This document shows, in pieces, positions 60,801 to 64,000 of a stretch of 64,000 bases of DNA. Each line of letters begins with the position of its first letter. Within the stretch, counting starts at the first letter, position 1. Under the pieces are notes generated by a model that was given only the letters and a program-made list of their open reading frames with translations, made no database searches and was not told where the DNA came from. The stretch covers positions 184,886,001 through 184,950,000 of the forward strand of contig NC_086097.1 in assembly GCF_963921235.1 (NCBI RefSeq). The letters run 5' to 3'. Origin of the DNA: Mobula hypostoma (taxonomy: Eukaryota). Position numbers and translations under genes: made by a program.

Positions 60801-60890
60801 CAAAATGTTGGAGGAATTCAGCAGGTCAGGCAGCATCTTTGGAGGGAAATGAACGGCTGATGTTTCTGCCCAAGACCCTTCATCAGGACT
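60801..60890 (-). mobile_element. 90-bp Penelope terminal-repeat fragment starting at the hammerhead motif
   Basis: Minus strand AGTC-CTGATGA-AGGGTCTTGGGCA-GAAA-CA-TC-AGCC...GATGCTGCCTGACCTGCTGAATTCCTCCAACATTTTG. Confidence 0.8.
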
Positions 60891-61089
60891 ACTTCTTGTG
60901 CTGTTCCTGTCAGGGCTATGCAGGACCTATTTTAGCACATGATTCCATAGAGATGTGATTATGTAGTGATGTTTTAAACATTTTTAGCCAATTTCAATAC
61001 TACTGTATTCTATTTCCTATTGGAAATATACTGTAATTTTAGTACACAAAAAAGGGTGTTGGGTATAAGCGTAAGTCCTTTCCCTTTCT

Positions 61090-61278
61090 TCCTCTAGTCG
61101 AAATACTACATGGGATCTTATATGATCACCTGAGTAAGCAGAAAGGTTGCATGTGAATGACAGTCTTGTAGATCCACGCTTCCATAACTTTGGAGTATTG
61201 GTTTAGTTTACAATGAGGCTTAAATTCACAAACCTCTGATTTGTAGGCAAGCTTCCATGAAATGAGACTAGATGACAC
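61090..61278 (-). mobile_element. Highly decayed DeuSINE (SacSINE1/AmnSINE1-like)
   Basis: GAAATACTACATGGGATCTTATATGATCACCTGAG is the approximate reverse complement of TCAGGTGATGTAAGGGATCCCAGGGCACTATTTT at 61892-61925. Confidence 0.55.
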
Positions 61279-61824
61279 TTAATGATTTGTTACCTATCAG
61301 AGATAACCTTTTGATATTTACTCTTAAGTTTTGATAACTAATGGAAAAAATCTTTCATTGTTTGCCATCTCAAACTGCTTCATAATTCTGTGTTGTCTGA
61401 TGTTCACTGCAGTAGAGTGGTCTGTATTTATATGGCAGTTACCTGACAAAAATAGAGTAAAGGGTTCCCAAGTATTTTAAATGTAATCCCTTCAACTCTA
61501 TGAAAAGTGAAAGTTACTTTCATTTACTTAGGTAGTAATTTAGGTGATCTTTTAAGTACATCGTGCAGTTTTTTTATTTGTATGCAGCTTTCATCCTCGT
61601 TAGTGGTGTAAAGGGCTAGTTGTTAATTAGCCTCTTGGTTTCTGGATTTTCTTAATCATTATTCATAATTTGATATTTTTAGATATAGTTTGTTTACCTT
61701 GACTTTATATCTGGGCATGTTTTTTGGAGTTTTTTTTTTACAAATTTAATGTAAGCTCTGTGTTTTGACAGGAAGGGTTAGTATTCCATCGATGCTGTAA
61801 CAATAGGATAAATGTATGATAGCA

Positions 61825-62150
61825 AGGAAGGACTGCACTATCAGGATGTCTTTTTTGGATGAAACATTAAACTGAGACTCTTTCTGCGCTGTCAGGTGAT
61901 GTAAGGGATCCCAGGGCACTATTTTGAAGAAGAGCAGAGGTGTTATCCCTGATGTTTTGGCTAATACTTATCCTTTAATCAACATCATTAAAGCAGATTA
62001 TCTGGCTGTTAACAAATTAGTGTTTATGGGATTTTGCTATGTAGGAATTGATGCTATGTTACAGCAGTGAGTTGAGTTCACAGGTACTTCATAAGGCTTT
62101 TTGGAAACATTCCAAAGTGGTGAAAGGTATTTTCCAATTGTAAACTCTTC
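61825..62150 (+). mobile_element. DeuSINE (SacSINE1/AmnSINE1-like) Deu domain and tail
   Basis: GGATGAAACATTAAACTGAG, GATCCCAGGGCACTATTTTGAAGAAGAGCAG, AACATCATTAAAGCAGATTATCTGG and GTGAAAGG match the Deu-domain consensus as I recall it. Confidence 0.82.
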
Positions 62151-63149
62151 TTGTGCTCATAGGTGGTATTGTTGATGGTTTTTACTTTAAATATGCTTTT
62201 GCAAATGCTGTTTGCTATCTTGTGCTTGTATACCTGCCTCTACTTACAGATATACGGTTGGTATTTGAAATTGTGTTAAAAACTTAATCCTGTAAATTGC
62301 CAATCTGAAAGTGACTGTGGTTGTAAACTACTCACATGTATTGGTAGCATTGACAAATTATTCATGAACACATGCTTTTGCATGCTGATCTTGAAACATT
62401 TCAGTCTGGCAAATTTCTACTAACATCTAAAGTTATTAGTTTCTTTTGTATTATTACATGTAAAATCTAAATAATGCTGTTTTTGTTACCAATGGAAGTG
62501 AAAATTAAATGAGATTTCTCCCTGTTCGTAAAATCAGAAAGGGCTCCTAATTATGAGAGGGAGGGTGCAGTTTATTATCTGGTTCTCATTTAGGCCTTTT
62601 GTCGGGGTAAAGATTGATAACCAGGCTAGAGGCCAAAGTCATCTATAGTTTGAAAAAGACGAAGGAAATTAGGCGAGGAGTAGCAGAAAGGAGTCTGGTC
62701 AAACCAGCAAAACAATTGGAATTCATCAAGTAGAATAGGAAGGCCAGTGAAATAGAGAAAGGAACTTTCATTTGAATAGAAGATTGGCGAGGTAGCCAAA
62801 AATGCGACTTTGTATCTTCAGCTGCTATTTCTGACTTGGGGCATTGTCTCCCTGGAGCTCTTATCTCAAATTCCTGGATTTGAACTTCTTACTTCCTAAA
62901 AATGAACAAAACAAAGTGAAGCAAAATAAAAGCAGATGCTGCTGCGAATAACAGCATGCTTCTTCTGCAGTTTCTCTTTTAATCAGTCCACATTCTGGAA
63001 ACAAATGTATAAGAAACCAGCCTTCGATGCGTTCTCAAAAAAAAAGTTCACCTTATAACCACACAATCTCTAAATCTTCCCATGTTTTCTTTTAACAAAT
63101 ATAAAGTTGTTTTTTTTAATCAGATTACCAACATAAATTTAGGGTTATG

Positions 63150-63370
63150 ATTCAAAGAAAGAAAGGAATGTTGAAAGAATTTTTTTCATTGAACTTCTTA
63201 GATTGGAGTACTTTATTGCAGCTGGCTAATGAGGCAGGGAATACAGCACTATTTAAAAACACATTGGATACATATCTGAAAAAAACATTAAAGGATATAG
63301 ATGACAGAGATGCAAGTGGGAAGTTGGTGTTGGAATCAACACAGTCCTGATGAGATTAACAGTTACCTGC
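63150..63370 (+). mobile_element. Very decayed CR1 3' end
   Basis: ORF 63147..63350 KEFFS...EAGNTALFKNTLDTYL resembles the CR1 ORF2 C-terminus. Confidence 0.55.
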
Positions 63371-64000
63371 AGATATATTTCAGTTACACCAGTTAGTAAT
63401 CACTGAGTCCTGTAAAAAAGCTACATTTCTGAAGTATGCCAAGGCACCCTGAGGAAGATGTTGTGCATTTATTGCCTTATCTGCCTGCAACTCACTTTGA
63501 ACACAATTTGCTCCCAGCAGCTCCATAATCTTATCCAGAACTATTGTCAAACAGCTTTGTGGAGATTGAAAAACTCAATGAACCAAGCTTTAAAGAACCA
63601 TCAAACCACATCTCCTTGTTGGACATCCAGGCACAAAATTTAGGCTGGCATAATTGAAGCAGCATGGAGCTGCTTTCCATTGAAGCAGACTCAATCTAAA
63701 TCACTATCATATGGCCACTGTCATAATCAAGGTGAATGAGACATGTCTGTAATTGTGCACTAAAGAAATCCACCTGAATATCATTGGAGAAATTTAGCTG
63801 CTTTGCAAAAGTAGTGGAAGAGACCAAGTGGGATTGATCAGTTCCCTCTAGTGCTTTACAGTTCTGAGATCCTTCTAAATACCTTATTGGAGCTTCTACT
63901 GGTTTTCATCTGGGGAAAATTCAGTAGATCTTGGAAGGATGCAAGTACTGAAATAATTTGTGGAGACAGGATCACCCTTTCATGTAGGAGATGTGCTGTA

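Noticed and set aside
63343..63353. AGTCCTGATGA as another hammerhead
   Set aside because: No helix II, GAAA box or helix I partner. It lies in a decayed CR1 3' UTR and is probably a chance match.
1..64000. CRISPR arrays, operons, tRNA/rRNA genes, phage or defence systems
   Set aside because: The sequence is vertebrate-type TE-rich DNA. I saw no regularly spaced repeat-spacer array and no intact structural RNA gene. The tRNA-like pieces are decayed SINE heads.

Overview
Eukaryotic genomic DNA, very probably from a cartilaginous fish (ray/skate-like). This is inferred from the HE1/V-SINE-type and DeuSINE-type SINEs and the CR1, Rex1/Babar, RTE and Penelope families present. No intact host protein-coding gene can be identified. 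Bases 1 to ~51,090 are a dense, nested transposable-element field (about two thirds TE by my hand count). It holds many CR1 LINE copies (one full-length with a zinc-finger/SGNH-esterase ORF1, one young near-intact ORF2), Rex1/Babar LINEs, a full-length TSD-flanked RTE LINE, Penelope (RT + GIY-YIG) elements, Tc1/mariner and hAT-type MITEs, a solo LTR and SINEs. From ~51,300 there is a CpG-rich promoter-like region, a probable + strand first exon (donor GTAAGT at 52724) and a TE-poor, AT-rich intron-like stretch with ancient DeuSINE remnants. Most notable: (1) an intact minimal type-I hammerhead ribozyme motif in a Penelope terminal repeat (26939-26976, -), plus several decayed copies, some in ~70-130 bp fragments that begin at the ribozyme; (2) a candidate HDV/CPEB3-like ribozyme at the 5' end of the full-length RTE; (3) Tc1/mariner elements whose ends are ~60-70 bp mini-MITEs, one forming a composite transposon that carries a captured LINE 3' tail; (4) a three-level Tc1>CR1>CR1 nest with readable target-site duplications. 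All family assignments come from motif recognition by eye, not database searches, and boundaries of decayed copies are approximate.
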